Shown here piece by piece: positions 26,428 through 39,715 of a DNA stretch of 64,000 nt; the first letter of the stretch is position 1; each line of letters begins with the position of its first letter. Both the position numbers and the translations under genes were made by a program. The notes under the pieces are model-generated. The model was not told the DNA's origin, made no database searches, and saw only the letters and a program-made list of their open reading frames with translations. Source of the stretch: Eledone cirrhosa. Taxonomy: Eukaryota. The stretch covers positions 42,966,001-43,030,000 of the forward strand of contig OZ024753.1 in assembly GCA_964016885.1 (NCBI GenBank). The letters run 5' to 3'.

Positions 26428-26643
26428 AAGGCGTGTGGCTGAGTGATTAGAGAATTGGATTCGCAATCGTAAGGTTGTGAGTTCGATTGCTGGACCAGGC
26501 GATGCGTTATGTCCTTCAGCAAGACACTTTATTTCACGTTGCTCCTTCTACCTGGAGTTGCGACCGATAGATAGTATTAGCAATTGGAAAGACCAACGGA
26601 AACATTGTTCCCTCGGTCCGATTTGACGAAAGTCGATCGTTCC
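26428..26643 (+). mobile_element. tRNA/CORE-like SINE with alternative tail
   Basis: A/B boxes and CCTTCAGCAAGACACTTTATTTCAC. Tail shared with 35340-35495. Confidence 0.75.
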
Positions 26644-26652
26644 TTTTTTATA

Positions 26653-26720
<68 letters not shown>

Positions 26721-26947
26721 TGTGTGTGTATGATATATATAAATATATGTGTGTCTGTGTATGATATATATATATATATATCATCATCATCACCATTCCA
26801 CGTCCATTTCCCATGTTAACATGAGTTAAATGTGTTGTGCCATTGTGTGAGACAGATCAGATCAGGTGACCATATCTTGCTCATACAGAACTGTTTCTAG
26901 CTTGGCTTCTATGGCTGAATGTCCTCCCTAATGCCTATAACATTACA

Positions 26948-26986
<39 letters not shown>

Positions 26987-27986
26987 AGAGAGAGAGAGAG
27001 AGAGAAAGACAGATAGATATACATAAGTAGACATATATAACCAACATAATTTTTACATCCATTTTTCAGGTAGATTCACCATAACCTATTGATTGACAAT
27101 GCTGACCCTTTGCCCTTTAAATTAGGGATAATGCACGTCTTTGTCAGCTGGGTGGACTGGAGAAACAGGAAATAAAATATCTTGCTCAAGGGCACAATGC
27201 ATCATGGGAATCAAGCTCACAACATTAGGATAGTGAGCAGTAAACACGAACCACTAAATCTCACAGTTTTACAAAGCTAAGAACTCCATTCACTTTAGAT
27301 ATGTTGAATGGCGTATACTTATTTGATGGCTTTTGTTTATCCCATAATATTTCTCAAATGGCTAACGTCTGATTTAATTCTCATTTCTCTGATTATTCAT
27401 TACCTTATAATTACTGACCCAACAAAACCTTTCAGATGCCTCGGTGAGGAAATATAACTGTACTGGCAGAAAATTTTCCCCCCGAGTAATGACATAATAT
27501 TATACTACATTAAATACCTCATATGTCAAATACAAACTTCTAATAAAACATCGTCGTTGTAAGAAGCAGTCAGAGAATTTTATGCTATCCTTTATGTTAT
27601 CCTTTATGTTTGATGCTTCAATATCAAAGAATTGCTATGAGTTTTCAGATTTTTCCTTGATTCTATAATTCTGTGATTTTAGACATAGGCTAAGATCACA
27701 GTACATTTGAATATAGAATTGTCACCTTCTGCTGAATGTCTATATCTGAAGAAATAAAAAATAGAAAGAAAAGAGCTGCTTTCCTTAGTCGAGAGCAAGT
27801 ATTAAAAAGTTATGCAATCCATTCACAGAATCTCATCAGTTGTTATTGATTCGAGTGATAACTTTCTAAAGCATTGTTATTAATTTTCAATAATTACATG
27901 GAGAATAGAAATTGTGACTCAAATTAAAAAGCTTGTCGCTATTTGATGTGTTTAATAGAGCCAACCATATATATATATATAAATAT

Positions 27987-28017
<31 letters not shown>

Positions 28018-28059
28018 AATATGTATGTGTGTATATATATATATATATGTATGTGTGTG

Positions 28060-28090
<31 letters not shown>

Positions 28091-28104
28091 AGATATATAT
28101 ATAT

Positions 28105-28166
<62 letters not shown>

Positions 28167-28171
28167 ATATG

Positions 28172-28205
<34 letters not shown>

Positions 28206-28234
28206 ATCGCTGTAGACAGAGGGATAGTGCCATG

Positions 28235-28265
<31 letters not shown>

Positions 28266-28372
28266 ATATATAATATATATATGTATATAATCGCTGTAGA
28301 CAAAAAGATAGAGACAAGCATATATATATATGTATATATATATAATCGCTGTAGACAGAGGGATAGAACAAA

Positions 28373-28419
<47 letters not shown>

Positions 28420-28552
28420 CACTGTAGAGAGAGGGAGAGAGAGAGAGAGAGAGAAATATGGTAATAAGTAGGGAAAGAAGGAACATTATTCTCTAAACAC
28501 TTGAAGTAAAATATCTGAATATTAATGTTTGTGAATATACTATAGGTACAGA

Positions 28553-28730
28553 CATAGCTGTGTGGTTAAATAGTTCAATGTGGAACCATGTGGTTCTCGG
28601 TTCAGTCCCATTGCGTGGAAGGGGTGGGGAGAGGGAGGCGGGGGGGCACTTTGGGCAAATGTATTCTACTATAACCTTAGCTTGGCCAATGCCTTGTGAG
28701 CGGAATTTGGTAGATGGAAACTGCAGAAGC
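28553..28730 (+). mobile_element. tRNA-derived SINE (family C)
   Basis: GCTGTGTGGTTA...GGTTCAGTCCC...TTGGGCAAATG...GCCTTGTGAGCGGAATTTGGTAGATGGAAACTG. Confidence 0.7.
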
Positions 28731-28918
28731 ATGTCATTTTATCCTCATCATCATCATCACCACCGCCACTGCCGCTACCACCACCACCACCACCACCACT
28801 CTCCTCATCCTCATCATCAATCTGTTTCTCCATGCTTTCAGAGGTTTGATAGATCTTTTCCAACACAATCTCCTTCAATCTGTTGCATTCCTTTGTGATC
28901 TCTGTGACTTTCAGTGAT

Positions 28919-29134
28919 TTAACCCGTCAGTGTTTACATTACTCTATATATACTAGTGTATTTTCGCAGTAAAGACTTTATCTCACATAATATTAAATCT
29001 ATGAGATTCTGATATTATTTATTTTGAGAACAATACCTTAACATCAGTAGAAATGGCCAGTTACAGCTATTTTGAACAGAAAGAGGTAAGACAATTCTGG
29101 CCAGATACAGCCGGTTTGAATGCCAATGGGTTAA
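28919..29134 (-). mobile_element. TTAA MITE
   Basis: TTAACCC...GGGTTAA ends, body matches the family. Confidence 0.82.
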
Positions 29135-29409
29135 GCTGGTAAAATGTGGTAGAAATATATAAAGGGCAAAGGATAACAAACAAAACAAAGTAATGTTTTA
29201 CCCAGTATATTTCAACATGATATTTCAGGGCTGTAACCCTCTTTTTCAAATGTGAAACGAAAACAGTTCAAAACAAAACAAATTATCAATGTGTCTGAAA
29301 TATGCATGAAACTGTTATACTAACCAATCTGCTTCGTACTTTTCTAATCTATTTTTTATTTGTGGCTTTATAACATATCTCACAATACCTTATATTAACT
29401 ATACTAATT

Positions 29410-29860
29410 TATAAGTACTCTGGGTTGAAGTGATAGAGTAAATAGTCTTTTAAAGGCAGTGCCCCAGCATGGCCACAGTCTAGTGAAATAAAATTAATAA
29501 GATAAGTATCAGACTTGAAAACATAAGTACTAGAGTTGATATGATAAAATAAATAATCTTTTAAAGGCAGTGCCCCAGCATGGCCAAAGTCTAAAGAAAT
29601 ATTGAAAACAGAAGTACTAGAGTTGATATGATAAAATAAATAATTTCTTAAATGCAGTGCCCCAGTATGGCCACAGTCTAACGTAATATTGAAAACATAA
29701 ATACAAGAGTTGATATGACAGACTAAATAATCTTTTAATGGCAGTGCCCCAGCATGGCCACAGTCTAATGAAATATTGAAAACATATGTACTAGAGTTAA
29801 TATGATGAAATAAATAATCTCTTAAAGGTAGTGCCCCAGCATGGCCTCAGTCTAATAACA
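29410..29860. repeat. ~85-110-bp x5 degenerate tandem repeat from an interspersed repeat (GGCAGTGCCCCAGCATGGCCACAGTCT)
   Basis: The core also occurs singly, reverse-complemented, at ~37485 and ~54560. Confidence 0.8.
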
Positions 29861-30440
29861 AACCAATAAAAGAATAATGATATTCAGCCAACATATTAAT
29901 GTTACTGATAATTTAAAAAGGAAAGTTCAATGGTTTTTAGCTGACTCAGGCACTTAGAAAGAGAGCAATTGTAAATCAATAGTGATTGAAAATATGACCC
30001 ATTTCTTTGTATATAATTAAAGCTTTTACAGACATTTTCATTGTTAAATAAAATAATGACAGAGGAGTTTCCTTTGAATTACAAGGATTTCAGTTAGCAG
30101 AGAGATATTTTCATATGGAAATGCAAAACAAGATTTTATCAACGGCAAACACAAGATACGTTAATGTGATGCTGAAATGGTTTCATTAGACTACCTATAA
30201 GAAAATTCTGATTCAGATACATTAAGAATTTATAGAGGTGTTCAAAAATATATCTACATTATCTCTAGCATATCTCAAACTGAAAATTCATTGAATATTA
30301 CTTAAAACACAGATGGTATCAATATATTTATATTATCTCTAATCTCTATCTAATATATAATATCCGCTGTGCTGGTTGGTTGTTGATTAGTTGGTTGGTC
30401 TGGTGTCAGATGTCATGTCTGACAATACATACATACATAT

Positions 30441-30492
<52 letters not shown>

Positions 30493-30548
30493 GGAAAAAA
30501 TGAAACAAAATTTCATTTCCCACTCTTAGTACGGCTGTTACTTAAATA

Positions 30549-31033
30549 TAAGTATGTACACGTACATACATATATGTATACAGACATACAGTAGTATGTA
30601 TATATATATATATATATATATACATGTACACATATATATATGTACGTATGGATTCACTGAACATTTATTATAATGCTCGGCGTGTTTGTAAACCCGGCCG
30701 ATTAACCCACTCGATATGCAAATTGGGCTACTCAGCCGTTAATATGCATAAGGTAAGTATATACGTTCAACAATCTGGCAGGAAGGTTGATGTTGCTGAC
30801 GATAGCTAATAAGCTTGAAACTAGTACAGCGTTCCTTTGTCAGTGTTGAACAAACGAGCAACGATGGTTGCTGGACACTATGGCTTAATACTGGATGTTT
30901 GTTTACAAACACACCGAGCATTATAATAAATGTTCGGTGAATCCATACGTACATATATATGTGTGTGCATGTATGTATATATATATACATACTACTGTAC
31001 GTCTGTATACATATATGTATGTATGTGTACATA

Positions 31034-31037
<4 letters not shown>
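30549..31037 (+). mobile_element. Hammerhead-bearing element with ~140-bp inverted terminal duplication
   Basis: Arms 30549-30693 / 30901-31037, hammerhead at 30790-30832. A second copy without the inversion lies at 33996-34342 (-). Confidence 0.8.
30790..30832 (+). ncRNA. Minimal type I hammerhead ribozyme
   Basis: ATGTTG-CTGACGA-T-AGCT-aata-AGCT-T-GAA-ACTAGT-A-CAGCGT. Palindromic stem III, GUA site, U-U at 10.1/11.1. Confidence 0.75.
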
Positions 31038-31079
<42 letters not shown>

Positions 31080-31080
<1 letters not shown>

Positions 31081-31300
31081 TCATCATCATCATCATCATC
31101 AACGTTTAACGTCCGTGTTCCACGCTTGCATGGGTTTGGACGGGGGTTTTCCCACTTGAGGCAAGAGTGATTGTCTTGCTCGCATAGGACTGTCTGGCGG
31201 GTTTTCTACAGCTGGATGCCCTTCCTAACACCAACCACATTTACAGTGTGGGGCTGGGAGGTTTTTACCGTGTTGCCTACACGGCCACATTACAGCGTGG
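31080..31300 (-). mobile_element. RTE-tail non-autonomous element/SINE variant
   Basis: Homologous to 41108-41295 (+) and 45426-45630 (+), with an (ATG)n tail. Confidence 0.75.
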
Positions 31301-32640
31301 ACTGATATATATATATATATATGCACACACAGCACACATACAGAGAAAGAGAGAATTAAAAGTTGAAGAATAAGCATGGAAAATAGGTAATGGTAATGCC
31401 GGGAGCTGGGGCGCTTACCAATAAAACAGCTCATTGGTGGCCAACTAAACCTATAGAAATTTGAATTGTTAATTTAACTATTTTTTTTTTAAAGTTTAAG
31501 TTGCAGTAATATAAAATAGCGAAGGTGGTGAATTGGCGGAGTCTTTAGAATATCAAATAGATGGCTTTGCAGTATTTGTTTTGAATCTGCTTTCTGAGTT
31601 CAAATTCCATCAAGGTCAACCTTACCTTTCATCCATTCAAAGTCTATAAAAAAAAGTACCAGTCAAGTACTGGGGTCAATTCTTCCTCTATATTTCTTTT
31701 TCTCTTCCAATCTATCATACTTTATATCCTTCTCTGGAAGAAATCTGCTGTATTCTAACCTGGAAACAAGATGGGCTTCACCAGGTTTTAAAAATGCCCT
31801 AGATATGATGTATATGTCAATACAGGGCCCCTATGACTCCCTCGGGAGTTACAGGTAGAAAGAAAGTTAGAAGAGAAAGAATACAACACAGTAATTGTTA
31901 TGGAGCTATGAACCTTGTTCTCCTCCGTATGTAAGATGATATTCTAGCAACTGTAGCAACATCGGCGACTATCGAATAACATAATCAATGGTGAGAACAT
32001 ACAACTATGAGATATTTCTGTGTATTATTATAACATTATTTCTCTGCAACAAACGGTTTGAATGTTTTGTTGATGCCTTGCATGTACTTTGATGTAAATC
32101 CAAGTACATTCTTTATAGGAAATAACTTATTATTATTTCTTTACAGGGGGCATTAATATCTTATGTACAATAAATACTGAAGAAAGAAAAAAAAACATTT
32201 TCGATTCAATACATTTGAGAATTTTAGAAATTTCAATTATCTTCCCCGACCCTTAAATAATATGGCTATAAAAAAAAAAGACATGGAAATTTATGAGTTG
32301 AAAATAAACTGAAATCTCGTCATACAATGTAACACCTAAACGTTTATATCCAGAGGAGAAAAAATAATTCAAGAGAAAAATTTTATATGTTCTTTAAATC
32401 TAAACATTGTTTAGGATATAAAAAAAACATATTGTGACATATTTCTTTGGTTATGAACTTATATTATGTCAACATAGACACTTTCTGTCTTACGTTTGAT
32501 CGTAAATAACCTTTAGTTCATGTTTAGTAGTTCTAAGGAGATAATGGCTTAGAATTTTGTATTTGTATAAATATGGTAACATTGTATGTCATGAATTTAA
32601 CACTTGGTTCAGAAAATATTCCTCTCTACTTTATATATAT

Positions 32641-32676
<36 letters not shown>

Positions 32677-32680
<4 letters not shown>

Positions 32681-32820
32681 AAAAAAAGATGAAATCGAAA
32701 ATGCAACTGGAGTCTTATTTTTAAAAAAATATATATATTTATTTGGTTCCTTTACCGGTTTCGCAGTTCTTCTGCTTTTCAAAAGTTGAGTTGAGATGGA
32801 GGGTCTGTGGTTTTTCTCAT
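32677..32820 (-). mobile_element. Second copy of the U3-A8 hammerhead element (ribozyme 32750-32785)
   Basis: CTT-TTGAAAA-GCAG-aagaa-CTGC-GAA-ACCGGT-A-AAG, flanked by (TA)n on both sides. Confidence 0.78.
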
Positions 32821-32881
32821 ATATATATATATATACATATACACGCACATATATATATATATATATATACACACGCACATG

Positions 32882-32914
<33 letters not shown>

Positions 32915-33000
32915 ACACACACATATATATATACACACATATACACATATATATACATATATATACACACACACACATACATACACACACACACACACAT

Positions 33001-33061
<61 letters not shown>

Positions 33062-33349
33062 TATAGACACACACACAAGGTTGTCAAATAACTTCAATGA
33101 AAAATGCAGAAAATTGCTGAAAAAAAAAAAGCATGAATTTACAATAGATTATTTTTCCTAGATTTTAGATACTTTCGAGTAAGTTTGTATTTTACCACAT
33201 TCATTGCTGTATTATATACATTTCTATTAACAGAGATTTAAATCTAAAAATCATGGATGCATTTTTTACATGAGAGCTAGCTTGGTGCATATGCCATTGC
33301 GGACATTGTATATATGTTTAACAGAAAAATGTAATTACTTCAGTATAAT

Positions 33350-33418
<69 letters not shown>

Positions 33419-33439
33419 ATATATATATATATATATTTG

Positions 33440-33470
<31 letters not shown>

Positions 33471-33491
33471 ATATATATATATATATATTTG

Positions 33492-33522
<31 letters not shown>

Positions 33523-33593
33523 ATATATATATATATATTTGTATATATATATATATATTTGTATATATATATATATTTGTATATATATATTTG

Positions 33594-33625
<32 letters not shown>

Positions 33626-33990
33626 TGTATATATATATATTTGTATATATATATATATATTTGTATATATATATATATATATTTGTATATATATATATAT
33701 ATATTTGTATATATATATATATATATTTGTATATATATATATATATATTTGTATATATATATATATATATTTGTATATATATATATATATTTGTATATAT
33801 ATATATATATATTTGTATATATATATATATATATATATTTGTATATATATATATATTTGTATATATATATTTGTATATATATATTTGTATATATATATAT
33901 TTGTATATATATATATTTGTATATATATATATATTTGTATATATATATTTGTATATATATATATATATATTTGTATATATATATATATAT
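33350..33990. repeat. (TA)nTTTG compound microsatellite
   Basis: Direct reading of the sequence. Confidence 0.95.
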
Positions 33991-34207
33991 GAATATAAGT
34001 ATGTATACGTACATACATATATGTATTCAGACGTACAGTAGTATGTATATATATATATATACATACATGCACACATATATATATGTACGTATGGATTCAC
34101 CGAACATTTATTATAATGCTCGGTGTGTTTGTAAACAAACATCCCGAATTAAGCCGTACAGTGTCTAACAACCATCGTTGCTCATTTGTTCAACTCTGAC
34201 AAAGGAA

Positions 34208-34248
34208 CGCTGTACTAGTTTCAAGCTTATTAGCTATCATCAGCAACG
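34208..34248 (-). ncRNA. Minimal type I hammerhead ribozyme (copy of 30790)
   Basis: Minus strand CGTTG-CTGATGA-T-AGCT-aata-AGCT-T-GAA-ACTAGT-A-CAGCG. Confidence 0.75.
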
Positions 34249-34659
34249 CATACCTTCCTGCCAGATGATTGAACGTCTGAAAGTATATACTTTCCTTATG
34301 CATATTAACGGCTGAGCAGCCTAATGTGCATTTCAAGTGAGTTTGTTCCCTAGATTTCTTTGGTTGTATTAGTGTGGAATTTGAAGCAATTAAAACCTCT
34401 GCAACAGTAGAAAAATATTTAAACCTTATCCTGTCATCATTCAATGATAAAGACTGTAATCGATATCATAGAATATAAACTCTGTGATACAATACTTCAT
34501 ACTTCATCTTACAAATGCATCTTCTACACATTCGGAAATGAATACTTGGGGAATTATGTTATTTAGCTAACGGTTCTTGGTAATCTGGAGAAACAAAGCA
34601 ACGGTTTCAATTTCACTTGGTGAACGAAAACTAGTAAAACTTTGTCTACCATTGCTGTG

Positions 34660-35165
34660 TCTATCATCATCACCATCATCATCATCATCATCATCATCGC
34701 TATCAACATCACCACCGCCGCCACCACTATCAATGCCATCATCACCACCACTATCAACACCATCATCATCATCATCACCACCACCACCACCACCACCACC
34801 ACTATCAACACCATGATCATCATCATCACCGCCACCACCACTATCGACACCATCATCAACACCATCATCATCACCACTGCCACCACCACCACTATCAACA
34901 CCATCATCATCATCATCATCACCACCACCGCCACCACCACTATCAACACCATCATCACCACCACTATCAACACCATCATCATCATCACCACCGCCACCAC
35001 CACTATCAACACCATCATCACCACCACTATCGACACCATCATCATCATCACCACCGCCGCCACCACCACCACTATCAACACCATCATCATCATCACCACC
35101 GCCACCACCACTATCAACACCATCATCATCATCACCACCACCACTATCAACATCATCATCATCAT
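34660..35165. repeat. (CAT)/(CAC) compound trinucleotide repeat
   Basis: Direct reading of the sequence. Confidence 0.95.
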
Positions 35166-35261
35166 AAAATAAAGAAAGAGATCTGGGTAAAACCTGACCT
35201 TTTATTCTCTCCATGAAATTAATAAAGAGTGCATTTCTTAGAAACTAAGTCTTGAGTTTAT

Positions 35262-35327
35262 GTTTCAGCTGATGATTTCTTTCAAATGAAACAGTTCTAG
35301 TTCTGTAGAAACCATATCTTTATTAAA
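35262..35327 (+). ncRNA. Decayed H2-family hammerhead
   Basis: GTTTCag-CTGATGA-TTTCTTTCAAAT-GAA-ACAG-ttctagtt-CTGT-A-GAAAC. Confidence 0.55.
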
Positions 35328-35512
35328 TTCGATATTAAATTCCCAGACTGGGTGATGTGTTATGTCCTTGAGCAAGATACTTTATTTCACGTTGCTCCTT
35401 CTACCTGGAGTTGCAACCGATGGATAGTACTAGCAATTGGAAAGACCAATGGAAACATTGTTTCCCCGGTCCGATTTGACGAAAGTCGATCGTTCTTTTT
35501 ATATATATATTA

Positions 35513-35615
<103 letters not shown>

Positions 35616-35641
35616 TATATATATATAAAATTATATATATA

Positions 35642-35687
<46 letters not shown>

Positions 35688-36059
35688 TATATATATATTA
35701 AATTATATATATATATATATATATTAAATTATATATATATATATATATATTAAATTATATATATATATATATATATTAAATTATATATATATATATATAT
35801 TAAATTATATATATATATATATATATTAAATTATATATATATATATATATATATTAAATTATATATATATATATATATATTAAATTATATATATATATAA
35901 ATATTGTGTTTGAATTCTACTCATTAACTACACAACCATGCTTATAAATTTATATTTAGCTCTCATGATGCTCTTCAATTTTTAACAATTATATTTAAGC
36001 CCCATTCATTTCTAAACCTTTCTTTCATACAATGTCTCACATTGAAATTCTTTAGTAAA

Positions 36060-36097
<38 letters not shown>

Positions 36098-36674
36098 TCG
36101 CAGTGGTGTTCTTTTTCTTCTCATATATAATCACCCTTTCCTCTATTTATTAATCACGGTTTAATTTTAACAACCATTTATTTTTAAACCACTGCATATC
36201 TTTTTAATCAACGTTAATTTCATTTGAGAAAAATCTGCTGACATACATCAGAAGCCACCCCAACTTCGCCCTCACTCCACCCTGGCTCCACCCCACCCGC
36301 ACCCCCACCATCTTTCTCAAACATACTTAATAGAAACTATTGTTTATTTCCCCAACTATGCATTCATTGGATTCTATCTATTGAGTTAACAAATAATCAT
36401 ATTGTATAATCACTTTCTAAAGATAATTAAACCTTCTCGTTTCCTCAGTTTAATTGCTTTTCCATTCCTATCCCTTGTGCCTTATTAATTACATCGATAT
36501 TGCTACACACAAACACACACACATATATCACACTTATATATATATATATATCACACTTATATATATCACACTTATATATATATGTTTGTAAAAGGTAAAC
36601 AGAAATAACAACACAATCGGTACAATATATGGAAGGGATATATTAGGTTAACGCTTGATATAGCAGGAAGAGGG

Positions 36675-36710
36675 TCTTGACGTTTCGGACGCTAGTCCTT
36701 CATCAGAAGA
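36675..36710 (-). ncRNA. Minimal type I hammerhead ribozyme (Penelope-type, extra A after A9)
   Basis: Minus strand TCTT-CTGATGA-A-GGAC-tagc-GTCC-GAA-ACGT-C-AAGA. Palindromic ACGU stem III, GUC site. Confidence 0.82.
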
Positions 36711-37141
36711 AAGAATGAGAAATAAGATAGATTGAGAGGACTGGCGGGTTGGAATTGGAAAAAAATGTCTTCAGATAAAAATAACAGGTCCATTCATGTT
36801 GACATCTCTTGCAAAACTGTTGGTGCTGGCGTTTTGTGTATGATTTATTTTTTAGAAAAGTGGATGATGGAACGCTTCTACCTGAAATGGAAAAAGAATA
36901 TAAATCATCATCACTGTTTAATGTCTTATTACATATAGATGTATATATACATGTGTGTATGTGTGAATATCTGGGTTTCTGTCTGTGTGTGTGTGTGTGT
37001 GCCTCTGTGTATATGTGCATATGTGTGTTGCTATGTCTTCATGCAAGGTCATGGAACATTGTTGATCTGATTCCAATTATAGTCTTTTGTGTTGTTGTTT
37101 TTTTTAAAATCTACCATGAATGTCAAGTTTAATATAAAAAT

Positions 37142-37193
37142 GGCTTCTACAAGACTAGAACCGTTTCATTCAAAAGAAATCACCAGGAAAGCC
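37142..37193 (-). ncRNA. Decayed H2-family hammerhead
   Basis: Minus strand GGCTTTC-CTGgTGA-TTTC-tttt-GAAT-GAAACGG-ttctagtc-TTGT-A-GAAGCC. Confidence 0.55.
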
Positions 37194-37206
37194 CTGATTG
37201 AACCTG

Positions 37207-37279
<73 letters not shown>

Positions 37280-37383
37280 TATATATGATCGTGGTTTAAT
37301 GTACATTTTCCACACTTACATGGGTTAGATGGGTTGTCACGTTAGGAGGCAAGTCAGGTCCAGAAACGTCTTGCTCATATGGA

Positions 37384-37426
<43 letters not shown>

Positions 37427-37673
37427 TTCCATTATATATATATATATATATATACTCTTTTACCTGTTCCAGCCATCCGGCTGAGGCCATGCTGGGGCAC
37501 CGCCCTTGATATATATATATATAAATCATCATCATCAGTTTATGTTAGGCTTCCATGCTGGTAATTTGCAGTAAAGACTTTAATTTTAAACATAGTGCAG
37601 TTGTAGTGTTGTTTTCTGTGTTTTTCAAGAACGTTTTTATGTGGTTTAATGTGGTACAGGACGTTAAAAAATT

Positions 37674-37708
<35 letters not shown>

Positions 37709-37761
37709 ATTTTTCTTCTTATTCTTCTTCCAAATGTAATACAAATAATATTGTCTTTCAG

Positions 37762-37897
37762 TGCCGGGGTTGGACGTACTGGAACATATATTGCCATTGA
37801 TGCTCAGCTAGAGCAAGCTCGAGAAGAAGGGATTGTTGATGTTCATAATTTTGTGCAGCTTATGAGACGGCAGAGAGTAAACATGGTGCAGACATTG
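37762..37897 (+). CDS. RPTP D1 exon completing the P-loop ((S)AGVGRTGTYIAIDAQLEQAREEGIVDVHNFVQLMRRQRVNMVQTL)
   Basis: tctttcag acceptor and gtatgt donor. 136 nt, phase 2-0. Joins the previous exon to give HCSAGVGRTG and ends in RxQRxxMVQT. Confidence 0.96.
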
Positions 37898-37931
37898 GTA
37901 TGTATAAACCTTCTCCATTATTGACAATATC

Positions 37932-38753
37932 GGGTGGTGGATTGGCAGTATCGGTAGAGCGTCGGACACCATGTTAGGGTGGTGGATTGGCAGTATCGGT
38001 AGAGCGTCGGACACCATGTTAGGGTGGTGGATTGGCAGTATCGGTAGAGGGTCGGACACCATGTTAGGGTGGTGGATTGGCAGTATCGGTAGAGGGTCGG
38101 ACACCATGTTAGGGTGGTGGATTGGCAGTATTGGTAGAGGGTCGGACACCATGTTAGGGCGATGGACTGGCAGTATCGGTAGAGTGTCGGACACCATGTT
38201 AGGGCGATGGATTGGCAGTATCAGTAGAGGGTCGGACACCATGTTAGGGCGATGGATTGGCAGTATTGGTAGAGGGTCGGACACCATGTTAGGGCGATGG
38301 ATTGGCAGTATCGGTAGAGTGTCGGACACCATGTTAGGGCGATGGATTGGCAGTATCGGTAGAGGGTCGGACACCATGTTAGGGCGATGGATTGGCAGTA
38401 TCAGTAGAGGGTCGGACACCATGTTAGGGCGATGGATTGGCAGTATCAGTAGGGGGTCGGACGCCATGTTAGGGTGGTGGATTGGCAGTATTGGTAGAGG
38501 GTCGGACACCATGTTAGGGCGATGGATTGGCAGTATCGGTAGAGGGTCGGACACCATGTTAGGGCGATGGATTGGCAGTATCGGTAGAGGGTCGGACACC
38601 ATGCTTTGCAGCAAAGAGTTACGGCCCTTTATGGTCTGAGTTCAAATCCCGCCGAGGTTAACTTTGCCTTTTATCCTTACGGGGTCGATAAAATAAAGTA
38701 CCAGTAATGCACTGGGTAATTGCTGGCCTTGTGCCAAAAGTAGAAACAATTAT
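37932..38753 (+). mobile_element. SINE B whose 45-bp 5' head is tandemly amplified x15 (37932-38603)
   Basis: Unit GGTGGATTGGCAGTATCGGTAGAGGGTCGGACACCATGTTAGGGY. The last unit runs into a complete SINE B body. Confidence 0.92.
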
Positions 38754-39061
38754 TTTGTGTTAAATTTCAGGAAATATTTACCAATTCCAGCTTTATATTT
38801 GTATCTCTTACAGCACCAATTTCTCTACTATTATTCATGTGATAAGCCCCTTGTGTTAGCTCTGCCTTTCATCCTTACGGGGTTGGTAAAATAAAATAAT
38901 CTACTGATTGATAAAGAAATGTACTGGGGTTGATTTAATCCACTTCCCCCACCCTTTAAATAGCTAAAAGTAAGAATAATTTTTCATGTGATAGTTATGT
39001 CTGTTCAAGGCTGGTACTACCATTTAAGCCAATGAGACATCTGAAGCTAATAAAATAATAT

Positions 39062-39715
39062 GTGTGCGTAGTGTGTTGTGTAGTGTAGTGGGTTGTGTAG
39101 TGGGTTGTGTAGTGTAGTGAGTTGTGTAGTGTGTTGTGTAGTGGGTTGTGTAGTGGGTTGTGTAGTGTGTTGTGTAGTGGGTTGTGTAGTGGGTTGTGTA
39201 GTGGGTTGTGTAGTGTGTAGTGTAGTGTGTTGAGTAGTGGGTTGTGTAGTGGGTTGTGTAGTGGGTTGTGTAGTGGGTTGTGTAGTGTGTAGTGTAGTGT
39301 GTTGAGTAGTGGGTTGTGTAGTGTGTTGTGTAGTGAGTTGTGTAGTGTGTTGTGTAGTGTGTTGTGTAGTGGGTTGTGTAGTGGGTTGTGTAGTGGGTTG
39401 TGTAGTGGGTTGTGTAGTGTGTAGTGTAGTGTGTTGAGTAGTGGGTTGTGTAGTGTGTTGTGTAGTGAGTTGTGTAGTGTGTTGTGTAGTGTGTTGTATA
39501 GTGGGTTGTGTAGTGGGTTGTGTAGTGGGTTGTGTAGTGCGTTGTGTTGTGTAGTGCGTTGTGTTGTGTAGTGTGTGGTGTTGTGTAGTGTGTGGTGTTG
39601 TGTAGCGGGTTGTGTTGTGTAGTGTGTGGTGTGGTGTAGCGGGTTGTGTTGTGTAGTGTGTTGTGTTGTGTTGTGTAGCGGGTTGTGTAGTGTGTTGTGT
39701 AGTCTTTCTGTAGTG
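39062..39715. repeat. 12-bp minisatellite (TGTAGTGGGTTG)n
   Basis: Direct reading of the sequence. Confidence 0.95.
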
